DNA from: Pedobacter sp.
GTDB taxonomy: Bacteria; Desulfobacterota; Desulfuromonadia; Desulfuromonadales; Syntrophotaleaceae
Length of the DNA stretch: 64,000 bases
Reading direction: 5' to 3'
Assembly: GCA_050253415.1 (NCBI GenBank)
Contig: JBFWJC010000007.1
Span: 18,668-82,667, forward strand
This document shows, piece after piece, positions 48,068 through 57,545 of the stretch. Position numbers and translations under genes: made by a program. The first letter of the stretch is position 1, and every line of letters begins with the position of its first letter. Under the pieces are notes generated by a model. That model was not told the origin of the DNA and ran no database searches. It worked only from the letters and a program-made list of their open reading frames with translations.

Positions 48068-48680
48068 AGGGCTTTATAATTCCTGCTACTTTCGGCCGAT
48101 TCCTGCACCGAATGGAAAATGGTTTAAAATAACGGTGATGTTAACAAACCACAGGAATTATGTAAATATGGATGACCGTCTTTCCTGTCCAACAGCACAA
48201 CCGTTTGGCTCTCATCCTGAAAACGTATGAAACCCAATCTTTTATCTGCAGATGCCAACGAATAAAAGCAGGGTTACCGCAAAGCTCGCTGAGACCGCAA
48301 AGTTAAACCAGCGGGACATCCAGGTTATCGCACCTGACTCCGCGTGTTTGGCGGTGAATATCCAGAAATACCATTCTTGTCAGACACATGCATAATGCAT
48401 GTAACTTCATTACTCCTTCAAAAAGCACGGGCTGCTTTTAAGGAGCTTGCTCTTCGCGTAAAAATGTTATTTCACTTCGGGTAAGGATATCGGCTAAATT
48501 TGTTCAATCTATCACTACGGGCGCCCTGCTGAGCAATTTGATTAATAGTTACCCGCATAGAAATCGCGAGCTCGATTTTCTATGCCATTTATGCTAACTT
48601 TCGGCGCAATGGTGACACCAACAAAATTCTAATCTTATCCCGGATCAGTTTTCCGATACCGATCCCGCTGAATTTAAATT

Positions 48681-49625
48681 ATGCAAACTACATCGAAACG
48701 CAAAATCCGCGCAGCGCGAATCTCCATGGCCACGGCCACCTGTCTTACGCTGCTGAAACTTGTCACCGGCCTCATGACCGGCTCCATGGCGGTACTGTCC
48801 TCGGCCATCGACTCACTGCTTGACATCGTCATGTCCGTGGCCAATTTTCTGGCTATTCGCCAGGCGGAACAACCACCGGACACCAAACATCCATTCGGGC
48901 ATGGAAAATTCGAAACCATAGCCACCATCGTCCAGGCCCTGGCCATCGGGCTTTCTGGAGGATGGGTCTGCTACGAGTCGGTGCGTCGCCTGCTGACAGG
49001 CGTTACCCTCGGAAAACTGGAAGGCGGCATGGCGGTGCTGGCATTCAGCGCTCTGGTCTCCTGGAAGATAGGTCGCTTTTTGGTCCACACCGCTCGCGAA
49101 ACAGAATCGACCGCTCTTAAAGCCGACTCCCTGCACTTTTCCATGGATGTCTACACCAACCTCGCCCTGCTGGCAGGTTTGGTCGCTATTCGCGTATTTA
49201 ATCTCGCGTGGCTCGATCCTGCACTATCGATTGTCGTAGCTCTGTATATTTTTTACCAGGCGTTCGGTCTGTTTCGATATGGATTGCGGGACATCCTTGA
49301 CGAGCGGTTGCCTGAAACTATCCGCGAGGAAATAGCCACCATCCTCGAACAACATCGCGGCAAACTACTTGGCTACCACCGCCTGCGTACCCGAAGAGCC
49401 GGTTCACAAAAGCTTATCGATTTTCACCTTACCCTGTGTAAATACCTGTCGGTCGAAGAGGCTCATGATATCGCCGATCACCTCGAAACACACATGAAGG
49501 AAAAGATCGGACGCGCCGATATCACCATCCATGTGGAACCCTGCCCGTTTGAAACCTGCCCGGGACGCCACAAATGTCCTGGTGATTTCCCCTTCAACAA
49601 AGAAACACCCAAATCCACCCAATAA
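48681..49625 (+). CDS. cation diffusion facilitator (CDF) family metal efflux transporter
   Basis: 314 aa with six TM spans. Conserved residues include SAIDSLLD and HFSMDVYTN (the TM2/TM5 metal site), plus a C-terminal cytoplasmic domain (RTRRAGSQKLIDFHL...ITIHVEP). Confidence 0.85.
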   Translation: MQTTSKRKIRAARISMATATCLTLLKLVTGLMTGSMAVLSSAIDSLLDIVMSVANFLAIRQAEQPPDTKHPFGHGKFETIATIVQALAIGLSGGWVCYESVRRLLTGVTLGKLEGGMAVLAFSALVSWKIGRFLVHTARETESTALKADSLHFSMDVYTNLALLAGLVAIRVFNLAWLDPALSIVVALYIFYQAFGLFRYGLRDILDERLPETIREEIATILEQHRGKLLGYHRLRTRRAGSQKLIDFHLTLCKYLSVEEAHDIADHLETHMKEKIGRADITIHVEPCPFETCPGRHKCPGDFPFNKETPKSTQ

Positions 49626-49628
49626 AAA

Positions 49629-49650
49629 AGAGGCGCTTAACAGCGCCTCT
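49629..49650. terminator. hairpin after the CDF gene (probable terminator)
   Basis: AGAGGCGC-TTAACA-GCGCCTCT begins 4 nt after the stop. It is preceded by A6 and followed only by TCGGTC, so the U-tract is better on the opposite strand. Confidence 0.45.
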
Positions 49651-49821
49651 TCGGTCTGCCCTGAAAACCCTTTTATGAATTATATTTTTTTGCAATGAAT
49701 CACTGTTCCCCGGTAAAATCCCGTAAGGATTTTGCCTTGCATATCTGAAAGGTACCTATCACTTCCTTTTATCATGTAAATTCCCTTGCTATATCCGGAA
49801 AAACGGATTAAGTTTTCAAGT

Positions 49822-50160
49822 ATGAAAAAAGAAACAAATCTCTTCAAGGCATTAGCTCACCAGACACGTCTGCAGATCCTTTGCCTGCTGCTCGAGGGGG
49901 AAGTGTGTGTCTGCAAAATCATGGCTATCCTTGAACTGCCGCAATCAACGGCGTCTCGCCATTTGGGCATCCTGAAAAACGCTCGACTGGTGGAAGATCG
50001 CCGCGACGGAACCTGGGCACACTATTCTCTTGCAAAGGGTCAAAACGTCCTAACCGACCAACTTCTGGAAGTGCTGCGGGAGCATCTGCCACACACCAAA
50101 GAGGGTATCAGGGATCGCCAAAGGCTCTTGGCCATTTTGCAAAAACGAAATTGCGCCTGA
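49822..50160 (+). CDS. ArsR/SmtB-family metalloregulator
   Basis: ORF track 49786..50160 begins at a TTG. The ATG at 49822 gives MKKETNLFKALAHQTRLQILCLLLEGEVCVCKI..., a winged HTH with the CVC metal/metalloid-sensing motif. Confidence 0.85.
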   Translation: MKKETNLFKALAHQTRLQILCLLLEGEVCVCKIMAILELPQSTASRHLGILKNARLVEDRRDGTWAHYSLAKGQNVLTDQLLEVLREHLPHTKEGIRDRQRLLAILQKRNCA

Positions 50161-50242
50161 TTTTTTTATCGGATGCATCTGCAATTCCGGATACATGGAT
50201 ATACTTCAGGGGTGATCATTTCTTACCCCCAGGGAGAGATGT

Positions 50243-50446
50243 ATGGATAAAAAAACCTTGGAGTTGATCGCCATTGGGGCTTCGGTGGCTTCCGGCTGCA
50301 TTCCCTGCCTGGAATACCACGTCAAAGCGGCAAGTGAGGCGGGGGCCAGTCATGCAGATTTGGCCACAGCGGTCAAAATAGGGAAAAAGGTTCGACAAGC
50401 GCCCATGGACAAAATGGATCAGAAATGTGAAGAGCTCGATATTTGA
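50243..50446 (+). CDS. carboxymuconolactone decarboxylase (AhpD-like) family small protein
   Basis: 67 aa with the SD GGGAGAG. It carries the CxxC-containing AhpD-like motif GCIPCLEYH. Confidence 0.7.
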   Translation: MDKKTLELIAIGASVASGCIPCLEYHVKAASEAGASHADLATAVKIGKKVRQAPMDKMDQKCEELDI

Positions 50447-50609
50447 AAACTGTGTTCCCTGGTCCACAACAAAAATTCAGCTACCGTCGCATATTTTTAA
50501 ATGGAGTGTCTGACTGACGAATCAGACCGGCGTCCTCATTCAAATTGCGTACTACTGACGATTCGACACCTATAAGCAAAGTGGATTCCAGGAAAAGGAA
50601 GGTGAAACG

Positions 50610-52007
50610 ATGGATCGACCGCATGACCAGAAAGAAAAGACACCGCAGGAAATTCTTCGGAACGTTATGCAATTGTGTGCCGACTGTGATACCTGTCGCA
50701 CCATGATGGAGGAGGATTGCGCCTTTTTCATCGAACTCTATCGGCTTGTCGACCAGGAACAGGAAGAAGGCGTCCCGATCAGCGAATCGCAACTTCGCTA
50801 TCTGACCGAACTTTGCACCCTCTGCGGTTTGTGCCCTTGCCCGAAAGTTCCCATGGATGTGATGGAGGCCAAGGCCCGCTATATTGAGAAAGAAGGGATG
50901 CCCCTTGCGACCCGCCTGCTCAACGATGTTCCGCGCATGGCCCGACTGTGCGGAACATTTCCCCGTCTGGTCAAGGCCATGCAGTCGAACAGTGTCCTCG
51001 GCCCGCTGCTGCGCAAAGCGACCCGTATCCATCCCGAACGGCAATTGCCCTCTTTTCCCAAACAAAATTTCTTCCAGTGGGCGTCACGTCAGGGCCTCGA
51101 CCAACGCCAAGAAGGTGAAAATCAGGTTGCCTACTTCGCAGGCTGCACCGCTGGATACCTGTTCCCCCAGATCGGGCGAAGCGTGGTAGAGATTCTGCAG
51201 CACAATGGCGCATCGGTTTACGTACCACCACAGCAGTGTTGCGGAATGCCTTATCTGGTGGAGGGTGACCGGGAACGTACCCTGCAATTGGCACAAACCA
51301 ACATGCAACATCTGCTCGAAACGGTTCGCGCCGGCGATGACCTTATCTATTCCTGCCCCACCTGTGGTTTTTTCCTGAAAAAACTGCTTAAGGACAGAGC
51401 TTATTATTCCGACGCGTTCCAGAAGTCGGTCAACGCCGCAGAGGGTGAATTAAAGGTTCCCGCACCCGAAAAAGGCGAGAACCAATTCTGGCACCTTAAA
51501 AAATTAATGTATCACGGCATCCTGAAAGACGATGGATACTTTGCTTCTATCGATCCCATGGACCGAATCCATCTATCTGATCATCTTTTCGATTTCGGTT
51601 TTTACCTTTCACGCCTTCATGCACAAGGACAACTCGTTACCGACTTTAAGCCTGTACCTGAACGCATGGCCTATTTTGCCCCCTGCCACCTGCGAGAGCA
51701 AAAAATGGGACGTCCTTATCTCGACCTGCTGAAGCTGATTCCAGGATTGGACATCGAATCGGTCGGCAGCGATTACGACTGTTGCGGAATGGGAGGAATC
51801 TTTGGATTCAAGGATCATTTTCACCAAAAGTCCATGGATCTGGGAGAGCCTCTGATGAAAAAGTTTCGTGCTTTTAACCCGCAGGCCATCGTCACCGACT
51901 GCATGAGTTGCCGCCTGCAGTTTAATCACTGCCTGCCCTATCCTGTTTATCATCCGGTTGAAGTGCTTGCCATGGCGTATAAGGGTGACGCATCCCAAAA
52001 AAAATAA
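50610..52007 (+). CDS. (Fe-S)-binding oxidoreductase with two CCG domains (HdrD/GlpC/LutA-like)
   Basis: 465 aa with the SD AAGGAAGG. N-terminal ferredoxin-like Cys clusters are CADCDTCRTMMEEDC and CTLCGLCPC. The two CCG-type motifs are YFAGC...PPQQCCGMPY and YFAPCH...DYDCCGMGG. Confidence 0.75.
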   Translation: MDRPHDQKEKTPQEILRNVMQLCADCDTCRTMMEEDCAFFIELYRLVDQEQEEGVPISESQLRYLTELCTLCGLCPCPKVPMDVMEAKARYIEKEGMPLATRLLNDVPRMARLCGTFPRLVKAMQSNSVLGPLLRKATRIHPERQLPSFPKQNFFQWASRQGLDQRQEGENQVAYFAGCTAGYLFPQIGRSVVEILQHNGASVYVPPQQCCGMPYLVEGDRERTLQLAQTNMQHLLETVRAGDDLIYSCPTCGFFLKKLLKDRAYYSDAFQKSVNAAEGELKVPAPEKGENQFWHLKKLMYHGILKDDGYFASIDPMDRIHLSDHLFDFGFYLSRLHAQGQLVTDFKPVPERMAYFAPCHLREQKMGRPYLDLLKLIPGLDIESVGSDYDCCGMGGIFGFKDHFHQKSMDLGEPLMKKFRAFNPQAIVTDCMSCRLQFNHCLPYPVYHPVEVLAMAYKGDASQKK

Positions 52008-52104
52008 TCGCCGGAAATGTAAAAGAAGACCGGGATGAACTGAAACTATCTGTTTTTCTCTAACAGAGCAGGTCCCGGTGTTAAAATTCGAAGGAGCACC
52101 ACCC

Positions 52105-53166
52105 ATGGACAACCAAACCTGCGCAACCCCGGAGTCAGAAAGCACTACCCGTAAAACTTTTATAGGCATCCGGTTCGGCCTGTTCCTGACCGCATGGTTC
52201 ATGCTTTACCAGCAGCTGCTAACCCTGTCTCGGTTTATCACTTATGATCTCATACAGCTGAGAGCGGATTCACACCTTGGGTCAGCGGTGGAATTCTTCT
52301 TGTATGACACACCCAAGGTATTAATGTTGCTGATACTTGTGGTGTTCGGGGTCGGTATCTTGCGCAGCTTTATTACTCCGGAGCTGACCCGTAAAATCCT
52401 TGCCGGGCGACGGGAAACCACCGGCAATGTACTGGCCGCACTGCTCGGTGTGGTAACCCCCTTCTGTTCCTGCTCGGCGGTCCCCCTGTTTATCGGGTTC
52501 GTCACGGCCGGCATACCGTTGGGCGTAACCTTCTCTTTCCTCATCTCGGCCCCCATGGTCAATGAAATAGCCTTGGTTCTGCTGTTCGGAATGTTAGGTT
52601 GGAAAGTTGCCGCGCTCTATTTTATTACCGGAATTCTTATCGCCACTGTGGCCGGTTGGACTATCGGCCGCTTAAAACTCGAGAATCATGTGGAAGACTG
52701 GGTGAGGGAAATGCAGGTCAACCAGGCAGCCATGCCTGACAACGCTCTGTCGTGGGAAGAACGTATCAGCTTCGGCATCGATGCGGTACGGGATATTGTC
52801 GGCAGGGTGTGGCTTTACGTCATCATCGGCATTCTGGTTGGAGCGGCCATACACGGATTCGTACCGGAGAATTTCATGGCCGGCATCATGGGCAAGAGCG
52901 CCTGGTGGTCGGTACCCGTCTCGGTGCTGATCGGCATCCCCATGTATACCAACGCCGCCGGCATGATCCCTGTGGTGGAGGCACTGCTTGGTAAAGGCGC
53001 CGCATTGGGCACCGTACTGGCATTCATGATGAGCGTTATCGCTCTGTCCTTTCCGGAGATGGTCATTTTACGCAAAGTGCTCAAGCCGAAGCTCATTGCA
53101 ACGTTTATCGCAGTGGTCGGAACAGGCATTCTGATTGTCGGCTACCTGTTCAATCTTGTCATTTAA
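52105..53166 (+). CDS. permease of the DUF318/ArsP_1 family
   Basis: ORF track 52078 (GTG) was trimmed to the ATG at 52105, which has the SD AAGGAG 8 nt upstream. It is polytopic, with the family-typical VTPFCSCSAVPLF Cys motif. Confidence 0.75.
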   Translation: MDNQTCATPESESTTRKTFIGIRFGLFLTAWFMLYQQLLTLSRFITYDLIQLRADSHLGSAVEFFLYDTPKVLMLLILVVFGVGILRSFITPELTRKILAGRRETTGNVLAALLGVVTPFCSCSAVPLFIGFVTAGIPLGVTFSFLISAPMVNEIALVLLFGMLGWKVAALYFITGILIATVAGWTIGRLKLENHVEDWVREMQVNQAAMPDNALSWEERISFGIDAVRDIVGRVWLYVIIGILVGAAIHGFVPENFMAGIMGKSAWWSVPVSVLIGIPMYTNAAGMIPVVEALLGKGAALGTVLAFMMSVIALSFPEMVILRKVLKPKLIATFIAVVGTGILIVGYLFNLVI

Positions 53167-53184
53167 AGGAAAAAGGAGATGGTC

Positions 53185-53418
53185 ATGAAAATTCAGATTC
53201 TGGGTACCGGATGCGCCAAATGCCAGAAACTGGCCAAGCACGCCGAAGCTGCCGCGCAGGAACTGCAACTGGATTATGAGCTGTCAAAGATCACCGATAT
53301 CAAGCAGATAGCCGGCTTCGGGGTCATGATGACACCGGCTCTGGCCATAGACGGGCAAGTCAAACTGTCAGGGAAAGTCCCCTCGGTCGATGAGCTCAAA
53401 CGCATATTGACGGCCTGA
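53185..53418 (+). CDS. thioredoxin-fold small protein (redox-active disulfide protein 2 type)
   Basis: 77 aa, MKIQILGTGCAKCQKL... with a CxxC. The SD AAGGAG lies 6 nt before the second ATG. This protein is a classic partner of DUF318 permeases. Confidence 0.8.
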   Translation: MKIQILGTGCAKCQKLAKHAEAAAQELQLDYELSKITDIKQIAGFGVMMTPALAIDGQVKLSGKVPSVDELKRILTA

Positions 53419-53455
53419 ACTTTCGAATTTTATATTTTACCAACGAGGCTTTTTC

Positions 53456-53935
53456 ATGAAATTCACCGCCATTCTGAAAAAACATTGCCTTTGTTTCAGC
53501 GTTGCCGTACTTTTCGGATTGGGCATTCAGTCCATTGCCTGCGCCGCGCAGGCGGTACATACCAATGCCCCACAAGCTGCTACCCTTCCGCAGCAACGGA
53601 TCAAAACCGTAGTCTACTACTTTCACGGCAACATGCGATGCTCTTCCTGCAAAAAAATCGAAGCCTACACCAGGGAGGCTATCCAATCCGGCTTTGCCGA
53701 AGCATTGAAGAATGGCAACCTGGAATTGAAAGTGATCAACGTGGAAGAGTCCGGCAATGACCATTACGTAGAAGATTTCCAGCTGTATAGCCGTTCGGTG
53801 GTTCTGGAAAGGCGGTCGGGAAACAAGCAGCAAGAGTGGAAGAATCTCGATCAGGTCTGGAGTCTTATCCGCAACAAAACGGCCTTTATGCAGTATATCC
53901 AGGAACAAACCCTTGCCATGATAAAAGGGGGCTGA
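53456..53935 (+). CDS. secreted thioredoxin-like CxxC protein (ArsF-like by recollection)
   Basis: 159 aa with a signal peptide ending IACAAQA, then VVYYFHGNMRCSSCKKIE in a thioredoxin-like beta-alpha context. I recall that NCBI names similar proteins as nitrophenyl-compound nitroreductase subunit ArsF family; I could not verify this here. Confidence 0.5.
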   Translation: MKFTAILKKHCLCFSVAVLFGLGIQSIACAAQAVHTNAPQAATLPQQRIKTVVYYFHGNMRCSSCKKIEAYTREAIQSGFAEALKNGNLELKVINVEESGNDHYVEDFQLYSRSVVLERRSGNKQQEWKNLDQVWSLIRNKTAFMQYIQEQTLAMIKGG

Positions 53936-53937
53936 GC

Positions 53938-54630
53938 ATGCACGAGTATGGCATTGCCATCGCCTCGGCCTTCTGGTTTGGCGTGCTAACCTCCATCAGC
54001 CCCTGTCCTCTGGCCACCAACATCGTTGCCATCTCTTTCGTCGGGCGACGTGTGGACAACCCACGGCAGGTTTTTTCCGCAGGACTGCTCTACACATCAG
54101 GCCGCAGCCTGGCCTATCTGGCACTGGGTTGTCTACTGGTGTCAAGCGTGCTTTCCGCCCCCTTCTTAGCCCATGCCCTGCAGAAATATATGAATCGCGC
54201 CCTGGGTCCGATTCTTATTCTGGTGGGACTGATCTTATTGGGAGTTGTCTCTTTCAGTTTTCCCGTTACCGGTTTTGGCGACAGGCTTCTAAAACGGGCC
54301 GAAGCAATGGGCGTCTGGGGGGCTGGTCTTCTTGGAATTCTGTTCGCCCTGTCCTTCTGTCCAACTTCGGCAGCGCTGTTTTTCGGAAGTCTTCTACCCT
54401 TGGCTCTACATCAAAAATCCGGGCTGTTACTGCCGGGGGTTTACGGAATCGCCACCGGCCTGCCCGTACTGTTCTTCGCAGTATTGATTGCCCTGGGTGC
54501 CAACAGGGTCGGTATGGCCTTCAATCGCATTCAGGTGTTTGAACGCTGGGCAAGACGGGTTACCGGTACATTGTTCATATTGATAGGTGGGTATTATTGT
54601 CTGGCTACTTTCTGGGGTATTTCATTATGA
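53938..54630 (+). CDS. CcdA/DsbD-family thiol-disulfide transmembrane protein (ArsG-like by recollection)
   Basis: ORF track 53836 was trimmed to the ATG at 53938, 2 nt after the upstream stop, with the SD AAGGGGG. It has six TM spans and the SPCPL motif in TM1, characteristic of the CcdA/DsbD core. Confidence 0.7.
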   Translation: MHEYGIAIASAFWFGVLTSISPCPLATNIVAISFVGRRVDNPRQVFSAGLLYTSGRSLAYLALGCLLVSSVLSAPFLAHALQKYMNRALGPILILVGLILLGVVSFSFPVTGFGDRLLKRAEAMGVWGAGLLGILFALSFCPTSAALFFGSLLPLALHQKSGLLLPGVYGIATGLPVLFFAVLIALGANRVGMAFNRIQVFERWARRVTGTLFILIGGYYCLATFWGISL

Positions 54631-54713
54631 CTTTTCCAAAAGAATAAAAGACATTCGACCGGGAAAAGTTCCTGACTGTTTGTGCCTTGGTTTCTGCTCT
54701 AACCACATTCTGA

Positions 54714-54956
54714 TCACGTCCCCTTCCATACGATTTTTTTTCTGGATACAATCAATCCGCATCGGTTACAGAAAAACCCACTCACGCATTTTCCGCACAC
54801 CTGCAATGCATTCCCGCACTTGGGGCAATAAGGCTCCATATCAAATTCGTCAAAGAGGGTGTATCCGTCACAGTCCTTACAGAAAAACCGGGGACCTTCC
54901 GGGGTTAACTCCTTGATCATTTCAAAACCGCAATTCCGACACAGTCTTCGGATCAT
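54714..54956 (-). CDS. small multi-zinc-ribbon protein
   Basis: 80 aa with a strong SD (GGGGAGG) 5 nt before the ATG. It has five CxxC pairs (CRNC, CKDC, CPKC, CGKC, CNRC). Confidence 0.6.
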   Translation of the reverse strand: MIRRLCRNCGFEMIKELTPEGPRFFCKDCDGYTLFDEFDMEPYCPKCGNALQVCGKCVSGFFCNRCGLIVSRKKIVWKGT

Positions 54957-55154
54957 GAGTACCTCCCCTAATTGTTCGCAGTATTTCGGTCATCCTCCAA
55001 ACGTTGGATCACTACCGCGTACCGTCCCTCCCTTCTTACATTCTTGCCTCGTCAGGAAATTTTGCAAGGATATAAATACCAGGTTTAGCGCAGCCATTTT
55101 CCATGCGGACTGGATTAACATTTAAATGAAACGCGCGAAATGAGCATTTTAGAC

Positions 55155-55192
55155 AAAAAAAAATCCCGCTCCATTTTGAGACGAAGGGGATT
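55155..55192 (-). terminator. candidate terminator after pfk
   Basis: On the minus strand AATCCC...GGGATT (an imperfect hairpin with a large loop) is followed by T9, 128 nt after the stop at 55320. Confidence 0.4.
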
Positions 55193-55319
55193 GCGGAACA
55201 TTTATGGCGCTTTCGACACCCATAACTAAAAAGCTTCATAACGCTTTTTTTTAAATAATCATCAATCGTTGATCACTGGCTTATCCAAATGACGAATAAC
55301 AAGGGACAAATGACGATTT

Positions 55320-56426
55320 TCATCGCCCCAACATAATACCGAGCTGTTCTGCAGTCCACACCAGGTTACCGGCAGGATCAACCAGATTCTGTCCATTTAC
55401 AGCATGGTCAATGGGGACGGAAACGACATTGCGACCATGTAGCGCGACCATGTGGCCATACTCCTCCCTCTCAATGAGTTCCACAGCACGCACTCCGAAG
55501 CGGCTGGCCAAAATACGGTCAAACGGTGATGGCGTACCGCCTCGCTGGGTATGCCCCAACACGACAACCCGGGTCTCCAGGCCCTTGCGCCGTTCGATCT
55601 CACCTGCCACATAATGGCCAATGCCGCCAAGACGCTCAAGGCCATGAGTTTGTTCGGCCGAGGCCTGAACAACCTTGCGGCCACCAACCGGAAAAGCACC
55701 TTCCGCTACAACAATGATGGAAAAACGGCTCCCTTGCTCGCGTCGTTGCATGATGTGGTCACATACCAGATCCAGGTCGAAAGGAATTTCCGGCAACAGT
55801 ATCACCTCTGCGGACCCGGCAATCCCCGATTCGAGGGCGATCCAGCCGGCATCCCTCCCCATAACCTCCACCACCATAACGCGATGATGGCTTTCCGCTG
55901 TGGTCTGCAACCGATCGAGAGCTTCGGTAACGATGCCGACAGCAGTATTGTAGCCAAAAGTAACGTCCGTTTCCTGCAGATCGTTATCGATGGTTTTGGG
56001 CACCCCAATCACAGGCATCCCCAAATGACTCATCCGCTGGGCGATCTTAAGGGTTCCGTCGCCACCGACCGCAACAAGAGCCTCGGCACCGAGACGACGA
56101 AAATTATCCACCACCCGTTGCGACACATCTGACAAAACCATCGTCCCATCAGCCTGGGTCACCGGATACCGAAAGGGATTCCCCCGGTTACTGGTTCCCA
56201 GAATCGTACCGCCGAGCGGCAGGATGCCGCGTACCGACTTAAGATCGAGTTCGCGACAGCGTGGGCCATCAGCCAAGCCGTCAAACCCGTCTTCAATTCC
56301 CAATACACGCCAACCACGCTGCAATACGGCAGCACGCACCACGCCACGGATAACACCATTCAGGCCAGGGCAATCTCCTCCACCATTCAGTATCGCAATG
56401 CATCGACTCATAAAGTTAATTCCCAT
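55320..56426 (-). CDS. pfkA: 6-phosphofructokinase, ATP-dependent-like
   Basis: 368 aa. The start could also be the ATG at 56411 (MSRCIAILNGGGDCPGLN). Motifs: GGDGT (Gly at the position that is Asp in PPi enzymes), PKTIDND, EVMGRDAGW. Confidence 0.8.
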   Translation of the reverse strand: MGINFMSRCIAILNGGGDCPGLNGVIRGVVRAAVLQRGWRVLGIEDGFDGLADGPRCRELDLKSVRGILPLGGTILGTSNRGNPFRYPVTQADGTMVLSDVSQRVVDNFRRLGAEALVAVGGDGTLKIAQRMSHLGMPVIGVPKTIDNDLQETDVTFGYNTAVGIVTEALDRLQTTAESHHRVMVVEVMGRDAGWIALESGIAGSAEVILLPEIPFDLDLVCDHIMQRREQGSRFSIIVVAEGAFPVGGRKVVQASAEQTHGLERLGGIGHYVAGEIERRKGLETRVVVLGHTQRGGTPSPFDRILASRFGVRAVELIEREEYGHMVALHGRNVVSVPIDHAVNGQNLVDPAGNLVWTAEQLGIMLGR

Positions 56427-56582
56427 CAGGATGAGTGCTAAAAGTGATATCGGAGAGATACGTCAACATCGATCTCTAAACGTCAAGAAAGCTGAATCGA
56501 TAAAAAAACCACCAATAAACAGGTAAGCCCATATCTGCAGCCCCTATGTGATCAGAGATAAATCAAAGGCCTTTTTTTAACG

Positions 56583-57545
56583 TCATGCGGGCTCTATAAA
56601 CATCTCGCGTACAGCATGAGCGGCACCAAGTATCCCGGCCCTGTCCCCCAGAGCGGCCGGCACCAATTTCATCCGGCGAGCAGGCACCGCAAAAGCACGC
56701 TTATCAATCTCTTCACGAAGAGACGGCATGATCAGCTCAAGATTTGCGCTAACGCCCCCACCGATGACAGCCCCCTCAAGATTAAGCAGGTTTGCTATGC
56801 CGGCAAGGACCTGACCGAGATAGCGTCCGGCAGACGCATAAGCGCCCAGTGCGGCAGGATGGCCATTCAGAGCAGCAACCGCCACCTCTTCAGCGGTACG
56901 GGGCTTATTCGAAGCATAGCTACTCTGCTCATTGTACTGGTCCCACAGCTCCAGACATGTCCTGACCAACGCCGGACCGGAAGCATACTGTTCCAAACAT
57001 CCATAGGCACCACAACCACAAAGACGACCTACCGGCTCAACAGCAATATGTCCCAACTCACCTGCAGCACCATCAGCTCCACTCCAGATCTGACGATTAA
57101 TAATCAAACCTCCACCAACACCGGTACCCAGGGTAACCATGACGAAACTGGAGAATTCCAGGCCGGCACCCCACCGGGCTTCCCCCAAGGCTATGGCATT
57201 GGCATCATTAACAACCCGAACAGGCAACTGCAACTGACTGACAAGCCGATCCGCCAGGGCGAAACCATTTAATGGCGGAAGATTCGGTGACACACGCACA
57301 AAACCTTCCTTTGCCACAATTCCGGGGAAACCAAGCCCCAGTCCTTTAAGATCATAGCCCTGTTGTATGCCTTCATCTATCAATGCCCGGCAAAAACAGA
57401 GAAACCGCATCCAGAAGCTATCGAAACCCGCATCGATCTCGGTTTTGATGCTACGCTGAAAAAAAAGCTGCCCATCATCACCCACCAAGGCTCCCCGGCA
57501 ATTGGTCCCACCCAGGTCTATTCCGATAACGGCTGGACGTTTCAT
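56583..57545 (-). CDS. ROK-family glucokinase
   Basis: 320 aa. Motifs: IGIDLGGTNCRGALV (ATP site), GELGH, and the ROK zinc motif CGCGAYGCLE. Its start overlaps the exbD-like stop (ATGA). Confidence 0.8.
   Translation of the reverse strand: MKRPAVIGIDLGGTNCRGALVGDDGQLFFQRSIKTEIDAGFDSFWMRFLCFCRALIDEGIQQGYDLKGLGLGFPGIVAKEGFVRVSPNLPPLNGFALADRLVSQLQLPVRVVNDANAIALGEARWGAGLEFSSFVMVTLGTGVGGGLIINRQIWSGADGAAGELGHIAVEPVGRLCGCGAYGCLEQYASGPALVRTCLELWDQYNEQSSYASNKPRTAEEVAVAALNGHPAALGAYASAGRYLGQVLAGIANLLNLEGAVIGGGVSANLELIMPSLREEIDKRAFAVPARRMKLVPAALGDRAGILGAAHAVREMFIEPA

Noticed and set aside
48261-48360. CCGCAAAG-containing segment (GGGTTACCGCAAAGCTCGCTGAGACCGCAAAG...) as a second GEMM-type riboswitch.
   Set aside because: It lacks the GGCAAA junction, the GNRA hairpin and a closing helix. 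Only the short CGCAAAG string is shared.
50481-51065. Minus-strand ORF 50481..51065 (194 aa) and other minus-strand ORFs (50971.., 51609..52202, 53396..53908) in the ars-like cluster.
   Set aside because: They are antisense to plus-strand genes that carry clear CCG, permease and thioredoxin motifs.
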